The notes below the pieces were generated by a model. That model ran no database searches. It worked only from the letters and a program-made list of their open reading frames with translations, and was not told the origin of the DNA. A stretch of 38,659 bases of DNA from an uncultured Lachnospiraceae bacterium (GTDB taxonomy: Bacteria > Bacillota > Clostridia > Lachnospirales > Lachnospiraceae): contig CADBUA010000248.1 in NCBI GenBank assembly GCA_902797665.1, forward strand, positions 1 through 38,659, read 5' to 3'. Position numbers and translations under genes: made by a program. This document shows, piece by piece, positions 1-9,374 of this stretch (positions are counted from its first letter, which is position 1; the number at the start of each line of letters is the position of its first letter).

Positions 1-852
1 CTCCTCGCCGGTGTGCTCTGCCGCTTCTTTTCTGGCCGCGAGCTGATCCAGAAGTTCCCAGCCCCCTTCTGTCTCCATCAGGACCGCCTCTGTCTTCGGC
101 TTGAACACAATCGTCAGCGTTGTGACGACGACATCCTCATCCAGATCCTCCGAACGCCTCGCGGACGTGTTCTGCACCGCCGCCTGATCAACCCCCACAT
201 AGGAGACAATGTTGCTTTCCTCCAGGGCATTCACGATCTTCGCGACCTCCCGGAGGGTGATTGAGATCAGTTTCACCGTGGCGGTGTTGCCATCGATGTT
301 GATCGATTGCATGCCCTGGGCCAGGCTGATGCGGCTGTTGATGACCGCCAGCATATCCACGCGGTCCTGCATGGACAATTCGTCTGCCCGGAAGAAGGTA
401 TCCCCGTAATGGCTGTACTGTGCCTCCACCTCTGAAAACTGGGCATTGTTCTCCTGAAGCGCCGCCAGCTCAGCCTGCATGGACATATAGACCGTCCGGG
501 CGCTCTCGACTTTCTCCATCTGATCGGTCACCAGAAATCTGGTAATCCCGTACAGGAGGATCGCGAAGACAAACACAGACAGGGCCAGAAAGACCATTCT
601 GCCGGTCTCCCGCTCCTTATAGAGGAGGTTGATCGTCGTCTTCGTGGGATACTTGCTCTTCTTCCCCTTGTCGGCTTTCGGTCCCTTTTTCCCCTTCTCG
701 GAGCCTTCCCCTTTTTGTCCCTTCTTCTCAGCTTCCCGCTGCGCTTTCTTCTCCGCCCTGGAGAGCCTGGCCTTTTTCTCCTTTTTTCCCGGATTTGCTG
801 CGTCCTTCGCGCCTTTTTCTTTATCCTTATTCTTGCCTATGCCTAATGCCAT
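1..852 (-). CDS. PilN-like type IV pilus alignment protein, 3' end runs off the window (not in ORF track)
   Basis: Manual translation from ATG at 852 (RBS GGGGGA): MALGIGKNKDKEKG...KYPTKTTINLLYKERETGRMVFLALSVFVFAILLYGITRFLV..., open to base 1. Has an INLL motif, one TM helix and a coiled coil, directly downstream of pilM. Confidence 0.75.
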   Translation of the reverse strand, partial: MALGIGKNKDKEKGAKDAANPGKKEKKARLSRAEKKAQREAEKKGQKGEGSEKGKKGPKADKGKKSKYPTKTTINLLYKERETGRMVFLALSVFVFAILLYGITRFLVTDQMEKVESARTVYMSMQAELAALQENNAQFSEVEAQYSHYGDTFFRADELSMQDRVDMLAVINSRISLAQGMQSINIDGNTATVKLISITLREVAKIVNALEESNIVSYVGVDQAAVQNTSARRSEDLDEDVVVTTLTIVFKPKTEAVLMETEGGWELLDQLAARKEAAEHTGEE

Positions 853-883
853 CTGTATTTCCCCCGGAATACCCCTCAACAAT

Positions 884-1882
884 TCACAGAATGATTCCCA
901 CCGCCTGCATCGCCTTCAGAAGAAGTTCCTGGTCTCCCTTCATGTTTGGGGGCAGGAGTTCAGTCGCGGGCGTCATGGGAATCATCAGGTTCTGCCCGAT
1001 TGCCTCCAGGAGCGGCTGGATCATGGAGCCGCCGCCGAAATAAAACAGTTCCTCAATGTTGTTGTTCCGGTTGTTGAAGTTGTAGAAGTTCAGCGTACGC
1101 ATGATGCTCGCCGCAATGCCGCTGTAGATATCCATCAGCGCCTCGCGGCGCTGGATGTCCTCGTTGTTCGCCTCCACATTGAGGCGCGCGATATGGATAT
1201 CGGTTCCGTTCTCCTCTGCTGCCTGGCTGATGATCTCATAGATCCCGTCATCCATGGTCCTGGTCACCTCATAGACTCCCTTGGTGAAAAAGTGGATCTT
1301 CAGCGCGGAATCACCCATATCCAGGATCGCGAAATCCCGTTCTTCCTTTACCAGCTCATGCTTCCTGCAGTAGGAGATGAACAGGTTGTCGATGGCCACG
1401 TTTGCCGGTGCAATCCCCTTGAGCTTGAGCTTTGCGCGCTTCGCCATCTGCTGGTACTGGTTCACTGTTTCCCGGGAGCAGGCCACCGTCAGAAGGTTGA
1501 GGGATTCCGGCTCTTCCTCCTTCGGGGGCAGAACCGCGTAGTCATAGACGTATTTGTCCATGTCCTCCGTAATGAAATCATGGAATTCATAAGGGAGGTT
1601 CACTTTCAGCTGCTGGATCGTCATCATCGGCATCACCACGGAGCGGATGTAGACCCCGCTGATCGGAAGGCAGACATAGGCGTTTTTCTGGCTGACCTTT
1701 CCCTTTTTCATCACCTCCCGGAGGAAGTCTCCCATGGCGTCATAAGACACGATGTGACCTTCCTTCATGATATCATCCGGCAGGGTCTCATAGAGGACGT
1801 TCTTCAAAACGCCTCTCACCTTGACGGCAATCTTCACACTTGAATTGCCGATATCAATCCCGACACATGATTTCTCGGACAC
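884..1882 (-). CDS. pilM: Type IV pilus assembly protein PilM (actin-like)
   Basis: GIDIGNSSVK, ILDMG and FGGGS actin-fold motifs; GTG start with AGAGGAG RBS; pil cluster context. Confidence 0.88.
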   Translation of the reverse strand: MSEKSCVGIDIGNSSVKIAVKVRGVLKNVLYETLPDDIMKEGHIVSYDAMGDFLREVMKKGKVSQKNAYVCLPISGVYIRSVVMPMMTIQQLKVNLPYEFHDFITEDMDKYVYDYAVLPPKEEEPESLNLLTVACSRETVNQYQQMAKRAKLKLKGIAPANVAIDNLFISYCRKHELVKEERDFAILDMGDSALKIHFFTKGVYEVTRTMDDGIYEIISQAAEENGTDIHIARLNVEANNEDIQRREALMDIYSGIAASIMRTLNFYNFNNRNNNIEELFYFGGGSMIQPLLEAIGQNLMIPMTPATELLPPNMKGDQELLLKAMQAVGIIL

Positions 1883-1950
1883 GGTTTCTCCTCTTCATGC
1901 ATGCGTTTGTGGATCCCCCTTGCGTCAGATCTGTGAAAAACTTGCTTTTG

Positions 1951-2000
1951 AACTGTATGGCCTTGCTCAGCGACAAGCGGCCAAAGCGAACTGGACAGTT
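1951..2000 (+). repeat. Dispersed intergenic element, 50-bp core module only
   Basis: AACTGTATGGCCTTGCTCAGCGACAAGCGGCCAAAGCGAACTGGACAGTT; close match to 4891-4940 and to the reverse complement of 34443-34492. Confidence 0.85.
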
Positions 2001-2131
2001 ACAGAATCTTTACGCAGGCAGGGATTTGACGATCTGATTTGCCAAATGCGTGGGTACGATCTACCCGCTCGCGCAATTCTTTCACAGATTCTCACGCTCG
2101 CGGGCATAAACTGAGACAAGCCCTGCCGCTC

Positions 2132-2980
2132 CTACAGAATCCCTGTAAGGGACAGGTACCAGTCCACGAAGCTCTGGCCGAAAAGGAAGCAGAGGAAGGT
2201 GGACAGTGAAATCGCCGGGCCGAACGGAATCCGCTCAGCCTTTTTTCCCGCCGCGAAGATCAGCCCCACGATGCAGGAGAGAATCAGGTTGAAGAGATTC
2301 CCCAAAAGCCCCAGATAAAGGCCCGACAGAAAAATCAGTTTGATGTCCCCGCCTCCCAGGCTCTCTTTCTTCAGGATATGATCCATGAGAAGCGACATAA
2401 ACAGCAGGAAAGCGGCGATCGTAAATCCGCCGATCAGGCCCGCCCCGTAAAGGCGGAAAAGAAGTCCCATCCGGGAGGATACATCTCCCACGCCCCGCCT
2501 GCCGGAGATGAGAGAAATCCAGCCAATCTCCCCGGAAAAAACCTGCATCGGGCAGAAAAGCACCCAGCAGATCACCCCGGCCAGGATACAGCCGTCCGGA
2601 ATGGTGTAGGTCGCCATGTCCACCAAAGACAGGCAGAGAAGGATGGCGCTGAGCACCATGCCGGAAAGCGCGGAAAAGGAGACCCCGAACCTGAGGAAGG
2701 AAGCGAGAAAACAGGCGCCCAGAAAAAGCTCTGAGACAAGGTCCGTCGGGCCTATCTTCGCGCCACAGTAGCGGCACTTCCCCCTCAGAAAGACCCAGCT
2801 AAGCACGGGGACCAGGTCCCCTGCCCCAAGAACATGCCCGCAGCTGTCACAGTGGCTTCTTCCCCGAAGGACGCTCTCTCCCCGGGGCAGACGCTGGGCC
2901 AGACAGGTCAGAAAGCTTCCGAACACCGTGCCGAGAACAAAGACGAGCGCCCCGGTATAGATGGTCAAAAAACCCGTCAT
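2132..2980 (-). CDS. pilD: Prepilin peptidase/N-methyltransferase (A24)
   Basis: GSFL; RSHCDSC and GKCRYC Zn motifs; catalytic Asp motifs (LVD...IPD, LGGGDIKL); IPFGP. Confidence 0.93.
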   Translation of the reverse strand: MTGFLTIYTGALVFVLGTVFGSFLTCLAQRLPRGESVLRGRSHCDSCGHVLGAGDLVPVLSWVFLRGKCRYCGAKIGPTDLVSELFLGACFLASFLRFGVSFSALSGMVLSAILLCLSLVDMATYTIPDGCILAGVICWVLFCPMQVFSGEIGWISLISGRRGVGDVSSRMGLLFRLYGAGLIGGFTIAAFLLFMSLLMDHILKKESLGGGDIKLIFLSGLYLGLLGNLFNLILSCIVGLIFAAGKKAERIPFGPAISLSTFLCFLFGQSFVDWYLSLTGIL

Positions 2981-2992
2981 ATCCCGCCTCCC

Positions 2993-3529
2993 TTATGTTT
3001 CCGTATGAAGCAGTTCCATGCCGATCTGATCTCTCTGGGACTGGTTCAGGCGTTCCCGTTCCGCTGGTGTCATCAGCTGATAGTCATACGCTGTGAGCAG
3101 AGGCCCCTGCCAGCGCATGTTCGTGCTCCCATCCTCCTCGATCGTGACCGCGAGAAACTGCGCTCCACCTTCATCCCCTTTGTTGGGGATGCCTAAAGCG
3201 CCCGTCTCTCCCTCACGATTGGCCTTCTGAGAGGACCGCCCGTAGCCTTTGATCAAGGCGGCGCCCTCGATCTGAGAAGCGTCAATGCACATTTTGGTAT
3301 CAGCGTCGTAATAGTAGGTGATCGCTCCGCTGAGCATATCCAGAAGATAGGTGTTTCTGGCGCAGCGCTCAGCTGCCGCAACCTGCTCCTTGTCGAGCAG
3401 GAGCTTCATCTTTTCCAGGTATCGTTGGTACTCGTAATACCCGACAATCGCCGCCATGATGCTCACGGCAATCACCAGGAGAAAGACCAGCGTTGCGATC
3501 CCGGACCTGGATTTCAGTCGTCTTTTCAC
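2993..3529 (-). CDS. Pilin-like protein (putative minor pilin lacking Glu+5)
   Basis: Basic leader MKRRLKSRSG followed by hydrophobic IATLVFLLVIAVSIMAAIVG; lies between pilC and pilD. Confidence 0.6.
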   Translation of the reverse strand: MKRRLKSRSGIATLVFLLVIAVSIMAAIVGYYEYQRYLEKMKLLLDKEQVAAAERCARNTYLLDMLSGAITYYYDADTKMCIDASQIEGAALIKGYGRSSQKANREGETGALGIPNKGDEGGAQFLAVTIEEDGSTNMRWQGPLLTAYDYQLMTPAERERLNQSQRDQIGMELLHTET

Positions 3530-3546
3530 TTTGCCCTTCCGTCACC

Positions 3547-4770
3547 TTACATCAGGTTGTACATCGTAAACATCGGAAGATAGATCGAAATAACAATGAA
3601 TCCCGCAAAAACTGCCAGGAAAACCATCATTGTCGGTTCCATCTTGGCAATCGCCTGGGTGGTCGCGTGATCTTCCTCATTGTGGTAGTAGTCCGCGATA
3701 GTTGTCAGGGTGGCATCCAGAGAACCGCTCTCCTCACCGATGGCGCACATCTCCTTCAGGTTGTCAGGAAAGTCTTTGGTAGCCCGGATACAGTCGCCCA
3801 GGGAACGCCCTTCCTCGATCTTTGGAATCATTGAGCTGACATCCTCCTGCAGGATGGCGTTGTCCATGACCTTGGCAGTCACCTCCACCGCCCGGTTGAC
3901 TGTCAGTCCGGACTGGAGCATCGCGGACATGGTGTCCGCGAACTGCGCCGCCCCGTGAAAGACGTTGATCGGCCCCAGAACCGGCATGTTCAGCATAATC
4001 TTACCGATCACGAGGCGGCCCTGCTGGGTCCCGGCATACAGCTTGTAAGCAACCACCAGGGCCAGCACCACCAGAAGCATGAGGATATACCACTTCGCGA
4101 AGAAGTTGGAGGCATCAATCATGATCTGGGTGATCAGTGGCAGGTCCCCACCCAGAGAGGAGAAAGTGCCTGCCAGGGCCGGAATGACCTTGGCCATGAC
4201 AACGATCAGAACCACAATCGCCACCAGAACGACGAAGATCGGGTAGGTCATGGCGGACTTGATCTTCTCCGCGTTCTTGTAGGACTTTTCATAGTAATCC
4301 TTGAGCGTCGCGAAAGACCGATCCAGCGTACCGGAGAGCTCCCCGGCGCGGATGGTTTCGATAAAGGTGATGGGAAGCTGCTTGCCTCCGTGCCTTTCAA
4401 AGGAAGCAGCCATGCTGGATCCCTGGTCCACATCGTCCGCGACCTCAAGCAGGATCTTTTTCAGTGCCTTGTCCGCCGTCTGGTTGGAAACCATGGTCAG
4501 AGACCGGCCCAGCATCTGACCGGACCGGAGCATAATCGCAAACTGGGAACACAGGATGGAGAGCGACTTCTCCTGGACTTTCGAGCTCCCGATGGACTTG
4601 TTGTACCAGGCGTCCGCGTTTGCGCTTTCTTTGACCGGCTTGATGTCCTCGACCACCGGGCATTTCTCACGGATCTTCATCACCGCCGCGTATTCGTCCG
4701 GGGCCTGCACAACGCCGCTGGTTCGGACACCATCCCGTGTTACGGCACGGTAACGGAACGTCGTAGCCAT
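3547..4770 (-). CDS. pilC: Type IV pilus platform protein PilC (T2SS F family)
   Basis: Two T2SSF repeats (AGELSGTLD, IGEESGSLD), KIKSAMTYP, C-terminal IYLPMF. Confidence 0.93.
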   Translation of the reverse strand: MATTFRYRAVTRDGVRTSGVVQAPDEYAAVMKIREKCPVVEDIKPVKESANADAWYNKSIGSSKVQEKSLSILCSQFAIMLRSGQMLGRSLTMVSNQTADKALKKILLEVADDVDQGSSMAASFERHGGKQLPITFIETIRAGELSGTLDRSFATLKDYYEKSYKNAEKIKSAMTYPIFVVLVAIVVLIVVMAKVIPALAGTFSSLGGDLPLITQIMIDASNFFAKWYILMLLVVLALVVAYKLYAGTQQGRLVIGKIMLNMPVLGPINVFHGAAQFADTMSAMLQSGLTVNRAVEVTAKVMDNAILQEDVSSMIPKIEEGRSLGDCIRATKDFPDNLKEMCAIGEESGSLDATLTTIADYYHNEEDHATTQAIAKMEPTMMVFLAVFAGFIVISIYLPMFTMYNLM

Positions 4771-4790
4771 ACTTTACCCTTTCATCAATT

Positions 4791-4940
4791 GTACCTGTAA
4801 ATTTACAGGCTCCTGTAGGCATTCTGTAGGCATTCAGCCGGGCGCAGGCTCCTACGGCCGCATTGAAAGTGCGCCCGGTCTTTGTTTTTGAACTGTATGA
4901 CCTCGCCTGGCGGCAAGCGGCCAAAGCGGACTGGACAGTT
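4791..4940 (+). repeat. Dispersed intergenic element, near-full copy (left module plus core module)
   Basis: GTACCTGT...AGGCATTCAGCCGGGCGCAGGCTCCTACGGCCGCATT, then core AACTGTATGAC...GCGGACTGGACAGTT at 4891-4940. Includes the 16-bp palindrome CCTGTAAATTTACAGG at 4794-4809. Confidence 0.85.
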
Positions 4941-4999
4941 CCCATCATTTCATCATCGTCTTCCTCTCCCGGCCTTTTGCCGGGAGAGGAAACTCAGGG

Positions 5000-6055
5000 T
5001 CAGCGGAAGCTCATCTTCCGCTTCAAGTATTCCTTATCCGCGCAGGCCTCCATGGCTGTTTCCGGCGTGATGTCGCCGTGGGCGACCATGTTCAGGAGGC
5101 AGTTGTCCATCGTCAGGCTTCCCTCGGATGCCGAGGAGAGCAGAGAAGACTGCATCTGCGGCGTCTTTCCCTCGCGGATCAGGTTCCGGATCGCGGGGAT
5201 CGTGATCATGACCTCGCAGGCCACCATACGGCCGTGCCCACTGGCGCGGACAAGCAGCTGCTGGGACAGAACAGCCTTCAGGGTTGTCGAGAGCTGCATC
5301 CGGATCTGGGGCTGCCGCTCCTCCGGGAACACGCCGACGATACGGTCGACAGAGTCAATGGCGGAGTTGGTGTGCAGCGTCGCAAAGACCAGATGTCCCG
5401 TCTCTGCCGCGGTCAGCGCGGTCTCAATCGTGGCGAAATCACGCATCTCACCGATGAGGATGATGTCCGGGTCCTCACGGAGGATGGCCCTGAGGCCGTC
5501 CGCGTAACTCCGGGTATCCTGCCCGACCTCGCGCTGGTTGATGACGCACTTGTCCGGGGTGTAGATGTACTCGACCGGGTCCTCCAGCGTAATGATGTGA
5601 TCCTCACGCGTGTGATTGATCTCATTCAGAATAGCCGCCAGGGTCGTGGATTTTCCGCTTCCGGTCTCACCGGTGACCAGAATGATGCCCTTCTGATAGG
5701 TCGGGAACTGGGAGACCACCTTGGGAAGGCCCAGATCACTCAGTTTCGGAATACGGTTGCTCAGGATGCGGAGCGCCGCGGATACATGGCCCTGCTGCCG
5801 GAAGAGGTTGATACGGACTCTCTCCCCTCCGATCGATATGGCCGCGTCCAGCTCCCCGATCTTCGCCATCTCTTCGTAGCGGTCTCCTGCCAGGAACTTT
5901 GCCATCTCCTCGCAGTCCTCGTGTGTCAGCGGTGTATCCGTCAGATCAGCCAGCCTGCCGTCAATCCTGCCCTTGGGCGGGAGTCCACAGCAGAGGTGGA
6001 TGTCGGAGGTATGCTGCATCGCCGCGATCTGAATCAAACTTTCTACATTTACCAT
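5000..6055 (-). CDS. pilT: Type IV pilus retraction ATPase PilT
   Basis: GETGSGKST Walker A, TLEDPVE, LREDPDIILIGEMRD, GHLVFATLH and the PilT-specific AIRNLIRE motif. Confidence 0.95.
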   Translation of the reverse strand: MVNVESLIQIAAMQHTSDIHLCCGLPPKGRIDGRLADLTDTPLTHEDCEEMAKFLAGDRYEEMAKIGELDAAISIGGERVRINLFRQQGHVSAALRILSNRIPKLSDLGLPKVVSQFPTYQKGIILVTGETGSGKSTTLAAILNEINHTREDHIITLEDPVEYIYTPDKCVINQREVGQDTRSYADGLRAILREDPDIILIGEMRDFATIETALTAAETGHLVFATLHTNSAIDSVDRIVGVFPEERQPQIRMQLSTTLKAVLSQQLLVRASGHGRMVACEVMITIPAIRNLIREGKTPQMQSSLLSSASEGSLTMDNCLLNMVAHGDITPETAMEACADKEYLKRKMSFR

Positions 6056-6070
6056 ATCATTCTCCGTTCT

Positions 6071-7744
6071 TCAGACATCCAGGTTGATGGCCCTGGCAAC
6101 TTCCTCCGCAGTGGTGATCCCCTTGTAGACCAGCTCATGTGCGTGCTCGATCATGGGCACATATTCCGTCTTCTCCGCCATATCGCGGAAGGCCTGTTTG
6201 TCTCCGCCAGAGGTGATGACTCTTCTCAGTCCGTCGTTCATGACCAGCACCTCATAGACACCGATTCGTCCCCGGTAGCCCGACCCAAAGCAGAAGTCAC
6301 AACCCTTGCCATGGATAAACTTATCCCCGATCTTCGGCACCAGATGCGCCGTCTCCAGGGTCAGGGAATCCGGCATGTACTCCGTCCGGCAGTTCTTGCA
6401 GACACGCTTGAGCAGACGCTGCGAGATGATGCCTCTGAGGCCGCCGGCGATCAGGAAGGGCGCGACCCCCATATCATGCAGACGGTCGACAGCGGAGACC
6501 GCGTCCTCCGTATGGATGGTCGTGATGACCAGGTGGCCGGTCATGGCCGCACGCATGGCGATCTCGGCGGTCTCCCCGTCACGGACCTCTCCGACGCAGA
6601 TGACATCCGGGTCCTGTCTCAGGATGGCGCGAAGGCCGGAGGCGAAAGTCAGCCCGACTTTCTCGTTGATCTGTACCTGTGTGGCGCCGTCGATGTTGTA
6701 CTCGACCGGGTCCTCCAGGGAAATCAGGTTTGTGGACTCACTGAGCAGCTCGTTGATCAGCGTATACATAGTGGTGGATTTTCCGGAACCGGTGGGACCC
6801 ACGATCATGATAACACCCGAGGTCAGGCCCAGAAGCCTGTCCAGTTTCCTGTTCTCCAGTTCCGGCATCCCGATGCCTTCGCGGGACAGAAGTCCTCTGT
6901 CCGCGCCGAGGATTCGGATAACGATTTTCTCCCCGTAGATGGTCGGCAGGGTAGACACACGCATGTCGAGCGTGCCGTTCTTGACCTTGAGGACGGCACG
7001 GCCGTCCTGCGGCACGCGCCGCTCGACGATGTCCATCCGGGCCATGATCTTCATACGGGAGATGACAGAGTCCTGCAGCTCTCTCGGAACCGTCAGGATC
7101 TTGTGCAGGGTACCGTCGATACGCATGCGGATCTGCATGTCACCCCGGGACGGCTCAAAGTGGATATCGGATGCGTGCTCCGTCTGGGCACGCTCGATGA
7201 TGGAGTTGACCAGGCGGATCGTCGGGGCGTTCTCGGTGGACTCCGCTACCGTATTCACCTGTTCCTCGGTGAACCCGGCTTCCTCCCTCATCTGCGCGAT
7301 GGCCTCCGCGGCACCCTCATTGCCGTAGAGGACGGAGATCGCGTGCTCGACAGCCGCGGTGGACGCGATCATCGGCACGATCTTCATCTTAGAGGTAATC
7401 TGCGCGTCCTCGATGGCGAAGAAGTTCAAAGGGTCCGCCATAGCCAGGAAGAGATTTCCCTTTGCGACTCTGACCGGAACAATCAGGTTCTTCTTTGCCA
7501 GGGTCCTGGGGATATACTTCGACAGCACAGGATCGATGTCCGTCTTGGTCAGATCGATGTAATCAATACCCAGCTGCTGACGCAAGGTCTCAATCAGCTG
7601 TGCTTCGGTGATATACCCTTCATCGACGAGCTGTTTCCCCAAACGCTCATGGGTTATTTTCTGATCCTCAAGGGCTTTTGACAGCTGCTGTTCTGTAATC
7701 AGGTTGACAGAAACGAGCATGTCGCCCAAACGCATACTTTTCAT
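6071..7744 (-). CDS. pilB: Type IV pilus assembly ATPase PilB with N-terminal MshEN domain
   Basis: RLG-x2-L repeats at the N-terminus, GPTGSGKST, LRQDPDVICVGEVRD, CKNC/CDFC Zn motif, GYRGR. Confidence 0.93.
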   Translation of the reverse strand: MKSMRLGDMLVSVNLITEQQLSKALEDQKITHERLGKQLVDEGYITEAQLIETLRQQLGIDYIDLTKTDIDPVLSKYIPRTLAKKNLIVPVRVAKGNLFLAMADPLNFFAIEDAQITSKMKIVPMIASTAAVEHAISVLYGNEGAAEAIAQMREEAGFTEEQVNTVAESTENAPTIRLVNSIIERAQTEHASDIHFEPSRGDMQIRMRIDGTLHKILTVPRELQDSVISRMKIMARMDIVERRVPQDGRAVLKVKNGTLDMRVSTLPTIYGEKIVIRILGADRGLLSREGIGMPELENRKLDRLLGLTSGVIMIVGPTGSGKSTTMYTLINELLSESTNLISLEDPVEYNIDGATQVQINEKVGLTFASGLRAILRQDPDVICVGEVRDGETAEIAMRAAMTGHLVITTIHTEDAVSAVDRLHDMGVAPFLIAGGLRGIISQRLLKRVCKNCRTEYMPDSLTLETAHLVPKIGDKFIHGKGCDFCFGSGYRGRIGVYEVLVMNDGLRRVITSGGDKQAFRDMAEKTEYVPMIEHAHELVYKGITTAEEVARAINLDV

Positions 7745-8014
7745 AAGCTACATTCCCTGTTCAACACAGCCCGATAAAGGCCAACACTAACGTAAGCTAC
7801 CCGCGGCAGAATCTGCCCTCCAAATCCGCCAGCTCATATCCAGAGGGTATGGGCTCCGGCATCGCGTTCATCGCTTTATTACTTTATCGTTATATCATTT
7901 TATTTCTGCTTTTTATTCCTTTTTCTGTCTATATATCCTGATTCCTTTATTTCTATTTATCTCTATCTCCAGTTTTCCTGTTCCCGCATGTTTGAACTTC
8001 CATCCTTTGATGGG

Positions 8015-8025
8015 ATTATAACACA
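8015..8025 (-). promoter_or_regulatory. Extended -10 sigma-A-type promoter, probably for the pil cluster
   Basis: Minus strand reads TGTG-T-TATAAT about 270 bp upstream of pilB; no good -35 at 17 bp. Confidence 0.5.
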
Positions 8026-8041
8026 GTTTTCCGAGCCTCTT

Positions 8042-9289
8042 TCACAAATCCGGAACAAACTCAGAGAGCTTTCCCAGCGGAAACTGATCCCGCAGAGGAA
8101 CCTCCTCCTTCCGCCTTGTGATCTCCACCAGGCCCAAAGCGGTCCGGTCGACGACCTGTGTTCTGACCGGATCGTGCCAGACCATCCGGCGAAGCTCCTC
8201 CAGGAGCTGTCTGTCCCGGTCCGGAGAGGTCTGATTGATAAAATCAATCAGGATGATGCCGGAAAGGTTGCGGAGTCTGATCTGACGGGCAGCCTCCGCG
8301 GCCGCCTCCAGATTCACCAGATAGACGGCCTCTTCTTTATCCTTTTTGCTGATAAAGCGGCCGGAGTTGACATCGATGACCGCCAAGGCTTCCGTCTGCT
8401 CAATCACCAGGTCTCCCCCGCCCTTCAGGTTCACCTTTGAGGAAAGCGCCCGCTCCAGCTCCCGCGTCAGGGAGAAGAGCTTGTGCATGGGAAGAAGCGG
8501 ATCCTGATAGAGGGTGAGTTTTGAGAAAAGCGAGCTCCCGGAAGATTCCAGATATCGGCGCATCTCTTCAAAAAGCGCCGGATCATCCGTCAGAACTTTC
8601 TCCAGCTCCGCTTCGCTGAGCGAGTCCAGCCGCTTCAGCCACCTGAGCGGTTCCCGGTGAAGCGGGCTGAAGATGGGGCGGTAGGGAGCGGTCTTCTGAA
8701 TGTGAAGAAGCTCCTCTGAAAGAGAGACAAGCTCCCGGAGAATCTCTTCTAAAGCTGCCTCTTTTGCGTTGGTGCGGACAAGGAGGCTGAAAGAGAAGGG
8801 CGCCCCGGCAAGGTCTGAGAACTCCCGGGAGCGGCGGATCTCTTCCTTCAGCTCCATTTTCCGCTTTTCCGGAATTCTGTGGGAAACGCCGATGCCGCTC
8901 CCGCCTAAGGTAAGGATCAGGTAGCGGCCAAAGAGCGACAGCCGGGTCGAGAGGGAGACATCCTTCTTCCCGAAAGCCTCCCGGGAGATCTGCACCAGGA
9001 GCTCATCCCCCGGCATGATATCCGGGGATCTGCCCTTCTTCGTATAAATCGGGTCCTTGATCTCCTCCAGGGGGAGATAGCCTGAGATTCCCGGAGAAAA
9101 CTCGACAAAGCAGGCTTTGACCCCGGGGACCACCCGGTCCACCCGCCCGATATAGATGTCCTGAAGCTTGGGAGATTCCTGACATTGATCCGCGTGAATC
9201 TCCACAGCGTGCCCGCCCTCATCGAGAAGATAGGAAACAATCCGCTGCGTCTCCCCCTCCCGGCCTGCCCGCTCAACCAGCCATTTCAA
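8042..9289 (-). CDS. rng: Ribonuclease E/G family protein
   Basis: S1 domain (IYIGRVDRVVPGVKACFVE), TEALAVIDVNSG, QIRLRNLSGIILIDFI, LGLVEITR. Confidence 0.9.
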   Translation of the reverse strand: MKWLVERAGREGETQRIVSYLLDEGGHAVEIHADQCQESPKLQDIYIGRVDRVVPGVKACFVEFSPGISGYLPLEEIKDPIYTKKGRSPDIMPGDELLVQISREAFGKKDVSLSTRLSLFGRYLILTLGGSGIGVSHRIPEKRKMELKEEIRRSREFSDLAGAPFSFSLLVRTNAKEAALEEILRELVSLSEELLHIQKTAPYRPIFSPLHREPLRWLKRLDSLSEAELEKVLTDDPALFEEMRRYLESSGSSLFSKLTLYQDPLLPMHKLFSLTRELERALSSKVNLKGGGDLVIEQTEALAVIDVNSGRFISKKDKEEAVYLVNLEAAAEAARQIRLRNLSGIILIDFINQTSPDRDRQLLEELRRMVWHDPVRTQVVDRTALGLVEITRRKEEVPLRDQFPLGKLSEFVPDL

Positions 9290-9374
9290 TCTTTTTCCCT
9301 CCCGGAGCTCTCTGATTTTTGCGCATGCTTTCGCACGCTTTCGAATGCATCGATCCGGCAGAAGGCCTGAGCCA

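Noticed and set aside
1929-2089. 10-bp inverted repeat ATCTGTGAAA / TTTCACAGAT around the first repeat copy as IS ends
   Set aside because: Not seen at other copies; no target-site duplication or transposase remnant identified.
5078-7681. 867-aa plus-strand ORF and other long antisense ORFs (629-1843, 9994-11076, 28529-29908, 30949-32121)
   Set aside because: Shadow frames of well-supported opposite-strand genes in GC-rich DNA; no recognisable motifs.
7745-8010. c-di-GMP riboswitch in the long pil leader, as known for some clostridial pil operons
   Set aside because: No recognisable class I or class II consensus by eye; an Infernal scan would be needed to exclude it fully.
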